Below, piece by piece: positions 26,923 through 40,054 of a stretch of DNA of 64,000 nucleotides. A model generated the notes under the pieces. The model worked only from the letters and a program-made list of their open reading frames with translations, did no database searches and was not told the origin of the DNA. Each line of letters starts with the position of its first letter. Within the stretch, counting starts at the first letter, position 1. The translations under genes were made by a program, and so were the position numbers. Origin of the DNA: an uncultured Actinomycetes bacterium (GTDB lineage: Bacteria; Actinomycetota; Acidimicrobiia; Acidimicrobiales; AC-9); NCBI GenBank assembly GCA_963731255.1, contig CAVSUO010000007.1, forward strand, positions 9,755 to 73,754. Reading direction: 5' to 3'.

Positions 26923-28211
26923 GGCGCCCGATCCCCTGGTAGGCGAAGCCCGCTCGGCGCAGCGGCAGCCGGAGTCGAGCAGGTTGCGGGCGTCGACGAC
27001 CGACGCCCGCGCCATCAGGTCGCGCACCTTGCGGAAGTCCAGCCAGCGGAACTCGTCCCACTCGGTCAGCACCGCCAGCACCTCGGCACCCTCGCACGCT
27101 GCGTACGGGTCGTCGCAGACGTCGATGCGACCGGGCGATCGAGGGGCCGCGCACGGTGCGGGTCGTAGGCCCGGACGCGGGCGCCCCTGTCGGCCAGCCG
27201 GTCGATGACATGGAGGGCCGGGGAGTCCCGCAGGTCGTCGGTGCGGGCCTTGAAGGTCAGCCCCCACGCCGCCACCGTCACGCCCTCGACCGATCCGCCC
27301 GCCTGGGCCGACGGACCTTGGTCGACGACCCGGTCGTACTGCTCCTCGTTCACGGCGATGACGCCCTCGCAGCAGCCCGAAGTCGTAGCCGGCGTCCTCG
27401 GCGATGCGCACCAGGGCCCTGGTGTCCTTGGGGAAGCAGCTGCCGCCCCAGCCCGGGCCCGGCCGGAGGAACTCGAAGCCGATGCGCTTGTCGTAGCCCA
27501 TGCCCAGGACCACCTCGCGGACGTCGGCGCCGACGGCCTCGCACAGGTTGGCCATGGCGTTGACGAAGCTGACCTTGGTGGCGAGGAAGGCGTTGGACGC
27601 GTACTTGATCGTCTCGGCCGACGCGGGGTCGGTGACGATCAGCGGCGCCTGGATGCGCCTTGTACAGCGCCGCGACCCGGATGGCGGCCGCCTGGTCGTC
27701 GCTGCCGATGACGATCCGGTCGGGGTGGAAGCAGTCGTGGACGGCGGAGCCCTCGCGGAGGAACTCGGGGTTGGAGACCACCGAGACGTCGCTGCGCCCG
27801 AGGGCCGCGCTCCACGACCCGGGTCGAGCCCACCGGCACGGTCGACTTGTTGACCACGACGGCCTCGGCTGCGAGGACGCGGCCCGATCTCGCTGGCGGC
27901 CGGCCTCGATGTAGGCCATGTCGGCCGACCCGTCGCTCCCGCTGGGGTGTCGGCACGCAGAGGAAGACGAACTCCCGGTCGGCCGCGGCCGCCTCCGCCC
28001 CGAGCGACGAAGCGACAGCCGCCCGCCGTCGAGGCCCTCCCGCACCAGCTCGTCGAGGCCGTCCTCGACGATCGGGACCTCGCCCCGGCGGAGGCGCTCG
28101 ACCTTGTCCTCGACGACGTCGGCACAGATCACCTCGTGTCCGAGGTGGGCGAGAAAGGCGCCCGTGGTCAGCCCGACGTAGCCCGTGCCGACGATCGGTG
28201 ATCGAGCTCAT
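26919..28211 (-). pseudogene. ugd: UDP-glucose 6-dehydrogenase, at least 5 frameshifts
   Basis: MSSIT then (after one extra base near 28196) IVGTGYVGLTTGAFLAHLGHEVICADV. Further blocks are NPEFLREGSAV, GWGGSCFPKDT and LTEWDEFR. Confidence 0.8.
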
Positions 28212-29072
28212 CCTGGTGAGCTCCTTGACCAGCCGATCGAGCGGCTCCTGCCAGTGCCGGCAGCAGCGGGAGCCCGGAGAGGCGCAGGGCGGCGTTGTCC
28301 AGCACCGAGTTGGCCGGGCGGGGCGCCGGGCGCGGGGGGTCGAGCGGCGTCGGTCGTCACGGCCTCGACCCGCTCGGGATCGGGGCCGGCCGCGGCCAGG
28401 ATGGCACGGGCGAAGCCGAACCACGTGGTGGGGCCCTGGTTGGTCACGTGGAACACGCCCGGTCGTCGGCTCAGGGCCAGCGAGCGCACCAGCCTGGGCC
28501 AGGTCCTCGGTGAAGGTCGGACACCCGTGCTGGTCGTCCACGAAGTGCAGCGTGCCATCCCTCGGCGGCCAGCCGCAGCACGGTGTGGACGATGTTGGCC
28601 CCGTGCCGGCCGCACACCCACGAGGTGCGGACCACGGCGTGGCCGGGGTCGAGCTCCTGCCTCGCCCGCCAGCTTGGAGCGGCCGTAGACCGACAGCGGG
28701 TTGGGCTCGTCCCACTCGGTGTACGGCCTCGGCGCCCGGCCGTCGAAGACGTAGTCGGTGGAGAGGTAGCAGACGTGGGCGCCCACCTGCCGGCGCCCTC
28801 GGCCACGTGGCGGCGTGCCCAGGGCGTTGACGGCCATGGCCCGGTCGGGATCGCCCTCGCAGGCGTCGACCGCGGTCCAGGCGGCGGCGTGGACCACGAC
28901 GTCGGGGCGGAGGGTCCGATGGCCTGGAGCGACGGCGTCCCGGTCGGCCACGTCGAGCCGGTCGCGGTCGGCGGCCACCACCTCGTGGGCCCTCCCGCTG
29001 CCGTCGGCGGCAGGGCGTCCACCAGGTCCCGGCCCAGCTGCCCGCCCGCGCCGGTGAGAGGACCCTGGTCAC
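28208..29072 (-). pseudogene. rmlD: dTDP-4-dehydrorhamnose reductase, several frameshifts
   Basis: VTRVL(L)TGAGGQLGRDLVDAL, VVHAAAWTAVDACE, YLSTDYVFDG and YGRSKLAGE are recovered from three frames. The 3-prime end is unresolved: ...HWQEPLDRLVKELTR runs into the ugd ATG. Confidence 0.8.
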
Positions 29073-30077
29073 CGCGCCCACGCCGTCTCCTCGCACCGGG
29101 GCCCGGTCGCGCAGCGGCTCCCACCAGGCCCGGTTGGCCGCGTACCACGCCACCGTGTCGGCCAGGCCCTGCTCGAACGAGATCGACGGCTCCCAGCCCA
29201 GCTCGGCTGCGGATCTTCGTGGAGTCGAGCAGGTAGCGGCGGTCGTGGCCGGGACGATCGGGCACGATCGTCTTGAGCGACGGACGGCTTGCCCAGGGCG
29301 GCCAGGATCTCGTCGGCGATCTCCTCGATGCTGGCCTCCAGGCCCGATGCCCACGTGGTACGTCTCGCCCACCTCGCCCCGCTCGAGCACGGCGTCGATG
29401 GCCCGGCAGTGGTCGTCGACGTGGAGCCACTCGCGCCGGTGGAGCGGTCGACGCGTAGAGCGGGAGCGAGCTGCCGTCGAGCGCGTTGCGTGGTGAACAG
29501 CGGGATGACCTTCTCCGGGAACTGGTACGGACCGTAGTTGTTGCAGCAGTTGGTGATGGTGACCGCCAGCCCGTAGGTCTCGGCGTAGGCGCGCACGGCG
29601 TGGTCGGCGCCGCCTTCGACGCGTTGTACGGGGTCCGGGGCCGGTACGGCGACTCCTCGGTGAAGCGACTCGGCGCTGTCGAGGGCCAGGTCGCCGTAGA
29701 CCTCGCAGGTCGACACGTGGTGGAAGCGTCGCAGTCCCGCCCGCCGGCCCGCTTCGAGCAGGGCCTGGGTGCCGAGCACGTTGGTGCGAAAGAACCTGGC
29801 CGGGTCGACCACGGCCAGGCTGTTGTGGGACTCGGCGGCGAAGTTCACGACGACCTCGATGTCGTGCTCGGCCAGGACCCGCTCGACCAGTCGCCTGGTC
29901 GCAGATGTCGCCGTGCACGAAGCAGATGCGCTCCTCGAGGTCGGCCAGGCTGGCCCGGTTGCCCGCGTAGGTCAGCGCGTCGTACACCACCACGCGATCG
30001 TCGGGATGGGTCGCCACGCGGTGGCGGACGAAGTTGGACCCGATGAACCCGGCTCCGCCGGTGATCAGCACGGCCAT
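29069..30077 (-). pseudogene. rmlB: dTDP-glucose 4,6-dehydratase, several frameshifts
   Basis: MAVLITGGAGFIGSNFVRH...YDALTYAGN, FHHVSTCEVYG and NNYGPYQFPEKVIPLF lie in different frames. Confidence 0.85.
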
Positions 30078-30150
30078 CGGACGAACACTACGGCGCTCAG
30101 CGCCCGGGAAGCCTCTTGGGTCGGGGCCGGGACGGTCGACCCCACCCCGG

Positions 30151-31594
30151 TCAGCAGGCGCGGGGATCGTACGGAGGCAGCACCGGCGGGGCGGGGGCCG
30201 CAGTGGCGGAGGCGGTGCCGGAGCCGCCACCGGCGTGATGCCGGAGAAGGAGGTCCCGGTGACCAGGGACACGTCGGCGCCCTGGAGCGCGGGGTCCTGC
30301 TGGATGCTGGCGCCCCCGCCGACCCGCCCCTGGAGGAGCTGGGCTGCCTGCTGCTTCCCCGGGGCGTAGAGCACCTCCGAGGTCGCCGGGTGGGTGCCGG
30401 CGGCGTTCCCCGTGCCGGTGACGACGAAGCCCGCCGACTTGAGCTCGGTGGCGGCGCGGGAGGCCTGGGCGGCCGTGCCCGAGCCGTTGAGCACCTGCAC
30501 CTTGACGCTGGAGGGCGCCAGCGGGGGCGGCGCGGACGTGCTCGGCGCCGGCGGCTGGCCCTTGCCGAGGAACTGGTTCACGGTCTGGGTTCCCGCCGGC
30601 TGCTGCAGGCGGAGCACGTCGGCGCCGCCGATCACCGCAGGCGATGGTCGGGAGGGTGTAGGTGACCAGGTTGTTCGGATCGAGCGACCGGAACCGCATG
30701 GCGAGCCCGAGGATGTCGCTCGTCGACAGCTTGTCGTCAATGGTCACGTCGTGCACGGCCGAGCTGATGAGCGAGTTGGCCGTGATCGGGTTGTGGATCC
30801 CCGCCGAGATGGCCTTGGCCATGAGGATGCGGATGAAGGTGTGCTGACGGCGGATCCGACCCAGGTCGCCTTCGCCGTCGAAGTGCCACGACCCGTTGGC
30901 GAGGTACTGGTAGTCGCGGCTTCTGGCCAGTGACAGGGCGCGCCGCCCCGTCCAGATGCTGGCAGCCCGTCTTGGTGATGTTGAGCCCCGAGAAGGCGTC
31001 CTTGGCCGGGTCGGGGAAGTTGACGTCGATCCCGCCCACCGCGTTGACCAGACCCTGGAAGCCGTCGAAGTTCATGGACACGTAGTGGTGGACGGGGATC
31101 CCCAGGTCGGCCTGGATGGTCTGGATGAGCTGCTGGGGACCGTTGCCGAAGCTCGAGTTGATCCGGTCGGAGCGGTTGGTCCCGGCGATGGGCACGTACA
31201 GGTCGCGGGGGATGGAGAGCACCGACGCCTGCTTGGAGTTGGGGTCGATATGGAGGACCATCGTGACGTCGCTGCGCTGACCGGCGGTGGCGCCGGTGCC
31301 GGCTCCGAACGCGCTCCGGGCGTTGGGGTCGGTCAGGCCCGAGCGGGTGTCGGAGCCGACGACGAGGATGTTCGTCGGTCCGCTGGTCGCCGGGGTCAGC
31401 CCGGGGATGTTGACCGAGTTGATCTCCCCCAGCCGCAGCTTCACGTACAGGTAGCCGAGCCCGGCGGCGAGCACGACCGCGGCGACGGCGAGGTTCCCGC
31501 CGATCAGCACGCGTCGCGGCCACCGGCGGGGCCGGATGTGACGAGGCCGGGTGGCCGGGCGCTCGGGAGCGATCGTGTCGCCTCGGGTGGCCAC
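30151..31594 (-). pseudogene. LytR-CpsA-Psr (LCP) family cell-wall glycopolymer ligase with C-terminal LytR_C domain, about 3 frameshifts
   Basis: N-terminal TM segment, then ILVVGSDTR...RSDVTMVLHID...SIPRDLYV and FDGFQGLVNAVGGIDV. The C-terminal part reads VKVQVLNGSGTAAQASRAATELKSAGF. Confidence 0.8.
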
Positions 31595-31657
31595 TGCGGC
31601 GACAGGGTACCAGTGACTAGTCCGGTCCCAGGTTCGCCCCTGGTCGAGCCGGGTGGC

Positions 31658-32821
31658 TCAGTGCACGGGCAGTCCGAGGCCGCGACTGATGACCAGACGC
31701 TGGACCTCGCTCGTGCCCTCGCCGATCTCGAGGATCTTGGCGTCGCGGTAGAAGCGGGACACGGGCGACTCGTCGATGAAGCCGGCCCCTCCGAAGATCT
31801 GGGTGGCCTCCCGGGTGGCGACGACGGCCGCCTCGGTGGCGTAGAGCTTGGCCATGGCGGCCGCCTGCTTGACCGGGCGGCCCTGGTCCCTGAGCCATGC
31901 CGCCTTGTAGGTGAGGCTGCGGGCGCACTCGAGCCCGACCGCCATGTCGGCGCACTTGAAGGCGATCGCCTGGTGCCGCCCGATCGGTCCGCCGAAGGCC
32001 TGACGGCTGCGGGCGTGGGCGAGCGACTGGTCGAGGCAGGCCTGGGCCAGGCCGACGGCGAGGGCTGCGATGGCGATGCGCCCGCCGTCGAGGATGGCCA
32101 GGAACTGGGCCAGGCCCTGACCCTGCCCGCCCAGGAGGTGGTCGGACGGCACCCGACAGCCGTCGAGCACCAGGCCGTGGGTATCCGACGCGTGCCACCC
32201 CATCTTGCGGTACGGCGGCTCGACCACGAGCCCCGGCGTCCCCGCCGGCACGACGATGGCGCTGATGCCGCGCTCGCGATCGGACGAGCCCTCGCTGCGG
32301 GCGGTGACGGTGATCAGCGAGGTGATCGGCGTGCCGGAGTTTGTGATGAACGCCTTGGCGCCGTCCAGGACCCATTCTCCCGTCGAGGCGTCGAGCACGG
32401 CCCTGGTGCGGGTGGCGCCGGCGTCACTGCCCGCGTCCGGCTCGGTCAACCCGAAGGCGGCCAGCGCCTCACCAGCGCACAACGGCGGAAGCCACCGCCG
32501 CCGCTGCTCCTCGGTCCCGAAGGCGAAGATCGGGTTGGCCCCCAGGCCCACCCCGGCCGAGAGAGTGATCGCCATGGACGAGTCGACACGGCCCAGCTCC
32601 TCGACCGCCACGCAGAAGGTGGTGAAGTCGGCCCCCGATCCTCCGTAGTCGACGGGGAAGGGCAGCCCGAACAGCCCCAGCTCTCCCATGGCCAGCACGG
32701 CGTCGACGGGAAAGTGGTGGCGGCGGTCCCATTCCTCGGCGTGGGGCGCGATCTCCGCCTCGGCGAACTCCCGCACGACCTTGCGGAAGGCCTCCTGCTC
32801 GTCCGAGAGCTCGAAGTCCAT
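31658..32821 (-). CDS. Acyl-CoA dehydrogenase
   Basis: Intact from ATG 32819-32821 (MDFELSDEQEAFRKVVREFAEAEI...). Blocks LTEPDAGSDAG and QIFGGAGFIDESPVSRFYRDAKILEIGEGTSEVQ are present. Confidence 0.9.
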   Translation of the reverse strand: MDFELSDEQEAFRKVVREFAEAEIAPHAEEWDRRHHFPVDAVLAMGELGLFGLPFPVDYGGSGADFTTFCVAVEELGRVDSSMAITLSAGVGLGANPIFAFGTEEQRRRWLPPLCAGEALAAFGLTEPDAGSDAGATRTRAVLDASTGEWVLDGAKAFITNSGTPITSLITVTARSEGSSDRERGISAIVVPAGTPGLVVEPPYRKMGWHASDTHGLVLDGCRVPSDHLLGGQGQGLAQFLAILDGGRIAIAALAVGLAQACLDQSLAHARSRQAFGGPIGRHQAIAFKCADMAVGLECARSLTYKAAWLRDQGRPVKQAAAMAKLYATEAAVVATREATQIFGGAGFIDESPVSRFYRDAKILEIGEGTSEVQRLVISRGLGLPVH

Positions 32822-32916
32822 GCGGCTATTTTGCTCTGCGGCTTCGCCGCCCCGGGCGGGGGCCCCATCCCCGCCCTCCTCCGAAGCGGCAGGGACCCCA
32901 GCCCCGCCGCCGGTCG

Positions 32917-33709
32917 TCAGCGTAGGTGCACGAGGTCGCCCGCGGTCACGGTCCTGAGGCACATGCCGACGTCGACCAGCAGGTGCCCCTCGTCATTGAC
33001 GTCGGCCACCGTTCCCGTGAACGTCTCGTCGGCGAGCTCGACCCGCACCGCCCGGCCGACGCTGGTACAGCGCCGGCGGTACTCGGCCGCCTGGGCCAGC
33101 TGGCCGGACCGGTCGGCCAGGGCCCGGTACCGGTCCTCGAGGGTGGTCAGCAGGGCGACGAGCAGCCGGCCGCGGTCCACCTCGTCGGCCGGCCAGGTGA
33201 TCGAGGGCGACCGCCGAGGCGGCCAGCTCGGTGCCCTCCAGCCGCCCGCCCCAGTTGACGTTCAGCCCCAGCCCCACGACCACGGCCCGGGCCCGGGAAC
33301 CCTCGAGCTGGGTCTCGGCCAGGATGCCGCCCACCTTGCGCGACCCGACGACCAGGTCGTTCGGCCATTTGAGGCCGATCTCGACGCCGGCTTCCGACGC
33401 ACAGGCGTCGGCGCCGGCGAGGGCCACGATCGAGGTGAGGAGGTGCAGGCGCTCGACGGGGAGATCGGGCCGCAACAGCACCGAGACGAGCAGGGAGGAG
33501 CCCGGCGGCGCCACCCACGCCCGGTCGAGGCGGCCCCGTCCCGAGCCCTGGTGGTCCGCCACCACGACCGTGCCCTCGGCGGCTCCAGCCCGGGCCTCCT
33601 GCAGGAGATGGCGGTTGGTCGAGTCGATCGAGGGTACCCAACGAACATCGCCGAACCGGGTGGTGGCCAGCTGTGCTCTGGCGCCACCGTCGAGCATCGC
33701 ACTAACCAT
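32917..33709 (-). pseudogene. birA: Biotin--[acetyl-CoA-carboxylase] ligase without N-terminal HTH, one frameshift near 33180-33200
   Basis: Blocks DSTNRHL, ADHQGSGRGRLDRAW and KWPNDL are present, plus a C-terminal SH3-like piece (32917-33180). Confidence 0.85.
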
Positions 33710-33738
33710 AGGTGGATAGCAGCGTCGAAAGGCTTGCC

Positions 33739-35630
<1,892 letters not shown>

Positions 35631-35653
35631 CGGACGAGCGGAAGGGGCCTGCC

Positions 35654-36842
35654 ATGGCGGCGAGGGGGGAGAACGGAACCGTCGGATCGAAAGGCCCTCG
35701 TCCAACGCCAGCTGGACGCCCACCTCACGGGCCTCGTCGACCTGAGCCACACCATCCACTCCCATCCCGAGCTGGCCTTCGAGGAGGAGCGGGCGGCGGC
35801 CTGGGTGGGCGAGTCGCTCGCCTCCGCCGGCTTCGACGTCGAGAGCGGCGTGTGCGACCTGCCCACCGCTCTGATCGCCAGCGCCGGGCAGCGGGCCGAT
35901 GGTCGTCGCCGTGTGCGCCGAGTACGACGCCCTTCCCGGGCATCGGCCACGCCTGCGGGCACAACGTGATCGCCGCCTCCGCGGTCGGCACCGGCCTGGC
36001 CCTGGCTCGCATCGCCGACGACCTCGGGCATCACCGTCAAGGTGATCGGCACTCCGGCCGAGGAGGGCGGCGGGGGCAAGATCTACATGCTCGAGCGCGG
36101 TGCGTTCGAGGGCGTCGACGCGGCGATGATGGTCCACCCGGGACCGGCCGAGCTGATCCAGATGCCCTGCCTCGCCGTGTCACATTTCGACGTCCACTAC
36201 ACGGGGCGAGAGGCCCACGCCTCGGCGTTCCCCGAGGCGGGTCTCAACGCCGCCGACGCCCTGACCGTGGCCCAGGTCGGCATCGGGCTGCTGCGACAGC
36301 AGTTCCGGCAGCCAGGATCAGGTGCACGGCATCGTGACCAAGGGTGGCGACGCTCCGAACATCATCCCCGCCCACACGTCGGCCAAGTACTACGTGCGCG
36401 CCGCGACCCTCGAAGCACTGGAGACGCTCGAGGCCAGGGTGCGTCGGTGCTTCGAGGCGGGCGCCCTCGCCACCGGCACCGAGGTCGGCTTCGACCAGCG
36501 GAGCCCCCGCTACTCCGAGTTCGTGCCCCACACCGGCATGCAGGTGCGCTACCGGCAGCAACGCCGGAGGCCTCGGCCGCACGTTCCCCGAGGTGCCCAA
36601 GCAGGTCATGATGGCCTCGACCGACATGGCCAACGTGTCGTTGGCCGTGCCCTCCATCCACCCGATGCTCGACATCGACTCCTCGCCTGCGGTGAACCAC
36701 CAGCCCGAGTTCGCCGCCGCCGCCATCACCCCGGCCGCCGACCGGGCGGTTCGGGACGGGGCGCTGGCGATGGCCTGGACCATCGTGGACCTCGCCACGC
36801 GACGAGGGCCTGCGTTCGCAGCTCGCCGGCTCGGCGGGCTGA
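35654..36842 (+). pseudogene. M20-family amidohydrolase (AbgB/hippurate hydrolase-like), at least 5 frameshifts
   Basis: Pieces read [56 protein letters not shown] and STDMANVS. The first shift falls in a G6 run at 35664-35669. Confidence 0.7.
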
Positions 36843-36851
36843 ACCTGGGAA

Positions 36852-36895
36852 GTGCCGACCGGCGGGGTGCCGACCGGGCGGTGCCAACCGATGCC
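36852..36895. repeat. Three tandem 14-15-nt repeats (GTGCCRACCG...)
   Basis: GTGCCGACCGGCGGG / GTGCCGACCGGGCG / GTGCCAACCGATGCC, bracketed by the 7-nt inverted repeat GAACCTG (36841-36847) / CAGGTTC (36904-36910). Confidence 0.8.
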
Positions 36896-37059
36896 AGACG
36901 CTGCAGGTTCGCCCTCGCCCGACCTGAACGACCGTTCCTGTCGTGAGTAGACCGCGTTTCTGCGGTGCAAACGCTGTAGGTACGGTCTCAGCGAGGTCCG
37001 GCCGGCGAACCTGTCCGCGTCTAGATACGGCCACCGGCCAAGGGCCAAGGACGAGAGCC

Positions 37060-38428
37060 CTATTCGGCCGCTTCGGCCAGCGCCTCGGCCAGCGCGGGGT
37101 GCACGAGCAGGCTCTCGGCGATGTCGCCGACCCGGAGGTGGGCCGTGACGGCCAGCGGCGATGACCGAGATCAGCTCGGCGGCCCGCTCCCCGACGATCG
37201 AGCCGCCCAGCACCACGCCCGGTGGCCGGGTCGGAGAGGATCTTGACGAACCCCCGGGAGTCGCCGTCGATGAGGGCCCGGGCGTTGGCGGCGAAGGGCA
37301 CCTTGGTCACCCGGATCTTGCGACCCAGGGCGAAGGCCTCGGCCTCGGCCAGGCCCACGTCGGCGATCTCGGGCTCGGTGAAGATGGCGCTGGCCGCCTT
37401 GTCGTAGTCGAGGTGGCGGTGCTGGCGGGTGTGGAGCCCCATGACGTGCTCGGCCACCTTGCGCCCCTGGGTGGATGCGACCGACGCCAGCGGCAGCTTC
37501 CCGGACAGGTCGCCGGCGGCGTAGATGTGGCTCACGTTCGACTGGCAGTGCTGGTTCACCGGCACGTAGCCACCGTCGTCGACCTCGACGCCGGCTTCGG
37601 CGAGCCCGAGCCCCTCGGAGTTCGGGACGGGGCCGATGGCGAGCAGGGCGTGCGATCCGTCGACCATGCGCCCGTCGTTGCACTCGACGATCACGCCGTC
37701 GTCCTTGACCGTCACACCGGTCGCCGCGCGCCCTTGTACAGGACCACCCCGGTGCTGAGGAAGTCGGCCTCGAGAGCCGCCGCCACCTCGGGGTCCTTGC
37801 CCGGTAGCACCTGCTGGCGGCTCACGATGAGGCTGACCTTCGCTCCCGAACGACCGGAACATGTGGACGAACTCGACGCCGGTCACCCCCGAGCCGATCA
37901 CGACCAGGTGCTCGGGCACCTCGGGCGGCGGATAGGCCTGCCGGGTGATCAGGACCCGCCTGCCATCCACCTCCGCCCAGTCCGGCACCCGCGGGCGGCT
38001 GCCGGTCGACAGCAGCACGGCGTCGGCGTCCAGCTCCAGGACCCGGCCCTCGGACGTCTCGACGACCACCTGGCGGGGGCCCTTGAACGTCCGCGCCGGC
38101 CGCGAACGACGCGCACCTCCTGACTGGTCAGGAGGTCGGTCACCGATCGTTCGAGGTGGCCGCTGATCATGCCGATCCGCTCGGCCAGAGCGGGGAGGTC
38201 GAGGGTGGCGCCGGTGCAGGTGAGCCCCAGGGCGTGGCCCCGCCCGGTCACGCCGATCACCCCGCCGGTGGCGATCATGGCCTTGGAGGGGATGCAGTCC
38301 CACAGGTTCGCCGCGCCGCCCATGATGTCGCGCTCGACCAGCGTCACCTCCGCCCCGAGGCGGGCGGCGTGGGTGGCGGCCTGGATGCCGGCCGGGCCGC
38401 CCCCGATGATCACGAAGCGCACCGGCAT
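37060..38428 (-). pseudogene. FAD-dependent pyridine nucleotide-disulfide oxidoreductase (LpdA/NAD(P)H dehydrogenase-like), about 4 frameshifts
   Basis: The N-terminus reads VIIGGGPAGIQAATHAARLGAEVTLVE. Other pieces are the NAD-binding block VVIGSGVTGVEF, the block YAAGD, and a dimerisation-domain tail ending ...HPALAEALAEAAE. Confidence 0.75.
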
Positions 38429-38458
38429 GCCACCGAGGGTACCGGCGCGCCGTCCTCG

Positions 38459-40044
38459 TCAGCGCGTGGGCTGGTACACGCCGAAAGCCTGGCGGAGCAC
38501 GTCGCTCACCTCGCCCAGGGTGGCCCCGGCGCTGAGGGCCTCCTTCATGGGCACGAGCAGGTTCTGGGTGCCCCGGGCGGCGGCGCCCACATCGGCCAGG
38601 GCTGCCTCGGCCCTGGGCTGGTCCCGCTCTGCCCGTACCCGGCGGACGCGCTCGGCCTGCCGGCGCTGCAGGGCAGGGTCGATCGGGAACACCTCGACCG
38701 GCTCGACGACCTCGTCGACGTGGCGGTTGACCCCGACGATCACCTTCTCGCCATCGTCGACGGCCTTGGCGTAGGCGTAGGCGGCCTGGTCGATCTCGTC
38801 CTGCATGAAGCCGGCCTCGATCGCCTCCACCGCCCCGCCCATGCCGTCGATCTTCTCGAGGTAGTCCCACGCCCCCGCTTCCACCGCGTCGGTCAGAGAC
38901 TCGACGAAATACGAGCCGCCCAGCGGGTCGACGGTGTCGCCCACCCCCGACTCGTTGCCGATGATCTGCTGGGTCCGCAGTGCGATCCTGACCGCCCGCT
39001 CGGTCGGTAGGCCGAGGGCCTCGTCGAAGCTGTTGGTGTGCAGGCTCTGCGTACCCCCGAGGGCGGCCGCCAGCGCCTGCACCGTGGTACGCACGATGTT
39101 GTTCTCCGGTTGCTGGGCGGTGAGCGTCGACCCGCCGGTCTGGGTGTGGCAGCGGAGGAGGGCCGAGCGCTTGTCCTTGGCCTCGAACCGCTCGGTCATG
39201 ATCCGGGCCCACATCCGCCGGGCGGCCCGGAACTTGGCCACTTCCTCGAACAGGTTGTTGTGGGCGTTCCAGAAGAAGCTGAGCCGGGGGGCGAACTCGT
39301 CCACGCCCAGGCCGGCAGCCAGCGCCGCCTCCACGTAGGCGATGCCGTTGGCCAGCGTGAAGGCGACCTCCTGGACCGCCGTCGACCCGGCCTCACGGAT
39401 GTGGTAGCCGGAGATCGAGATCGTGTTCCACGCGGGAAGGTGCTCGGCGCAGTAGGCGAAGGTGTCGGTGATGATCCGCATCGACGGGCGAGGCGGATAG
39501 ATGTAGGTGCCGCGGGCCACGTACTCCTTGAGGATGTCGTTCTGGACCGTGCCGCCCAGGCGGTCGGCGGCGACGCCGGACTCCTCCGCCACGATCTGGT
39601 AGAGCAGCAGGAGGATGGCCGCCGTGGCGTTGATCGTCATCGACGTCGTGACGCGGTCGAGCGGGAGGTCCGCCAGCAGCGCGCGCATGTCCTCGACCGA
39701 GTCGATGGCCACGCCGACCTTGCCCACCTCGCCCTCGGCCCTGGGGTGGTCGGAGTCGTAGCCCATCTGCGTGGGCAGGTCGAAGGCGCACGACAGCCCC
39801 GTCTGGCCGTGGCCGAGGAGGAACTTGAACCGCTCGTTGGTCTCCTGCGCCGTGCCGAAGCCGGCGTACTGGCGCATGGTCCACAGCCGGCCCCGGTACA
39901 TGTCGGGGTACACGCCGCGGGTGTACGGGTACTGGCCGGGCGCCCCCAGCTGGCGCTCCGGGTCCCACCCCCCAGATCGTCGGTGGTGTAGACGGGCCGG
40001 ATCTCGATGCCGGAGTCGGTCCGGCGCTCCGACGGCTGGGCCAT
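38459..40044 (-). pseudogene. Methylmalonyl-CoA mutase-family catalytic subunit (no B12-binding domain), one frameshift near 39965
   Basis: [38 protein letters not shown] and [19 protein letters not shown] are present. The N-terminus [20 protein letters not shown] is in another frame. The protein ends about 528 aa without a DxHxxG B12 domain. Confidence 0.85.
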
Positions 40045-40054
40045 GACCCAGAGG

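Noticed and set aside
27639-30740. A 1033-aa ORF that looks like a giant multidomain protein.
   Set aside because: It is a chimera of short in-frame stretches of the LCP, rmlB, rmlD and ugd genes, joined by junk-frame segments. It arises because indels remove the stops. Each gene is better reconstructed separately.
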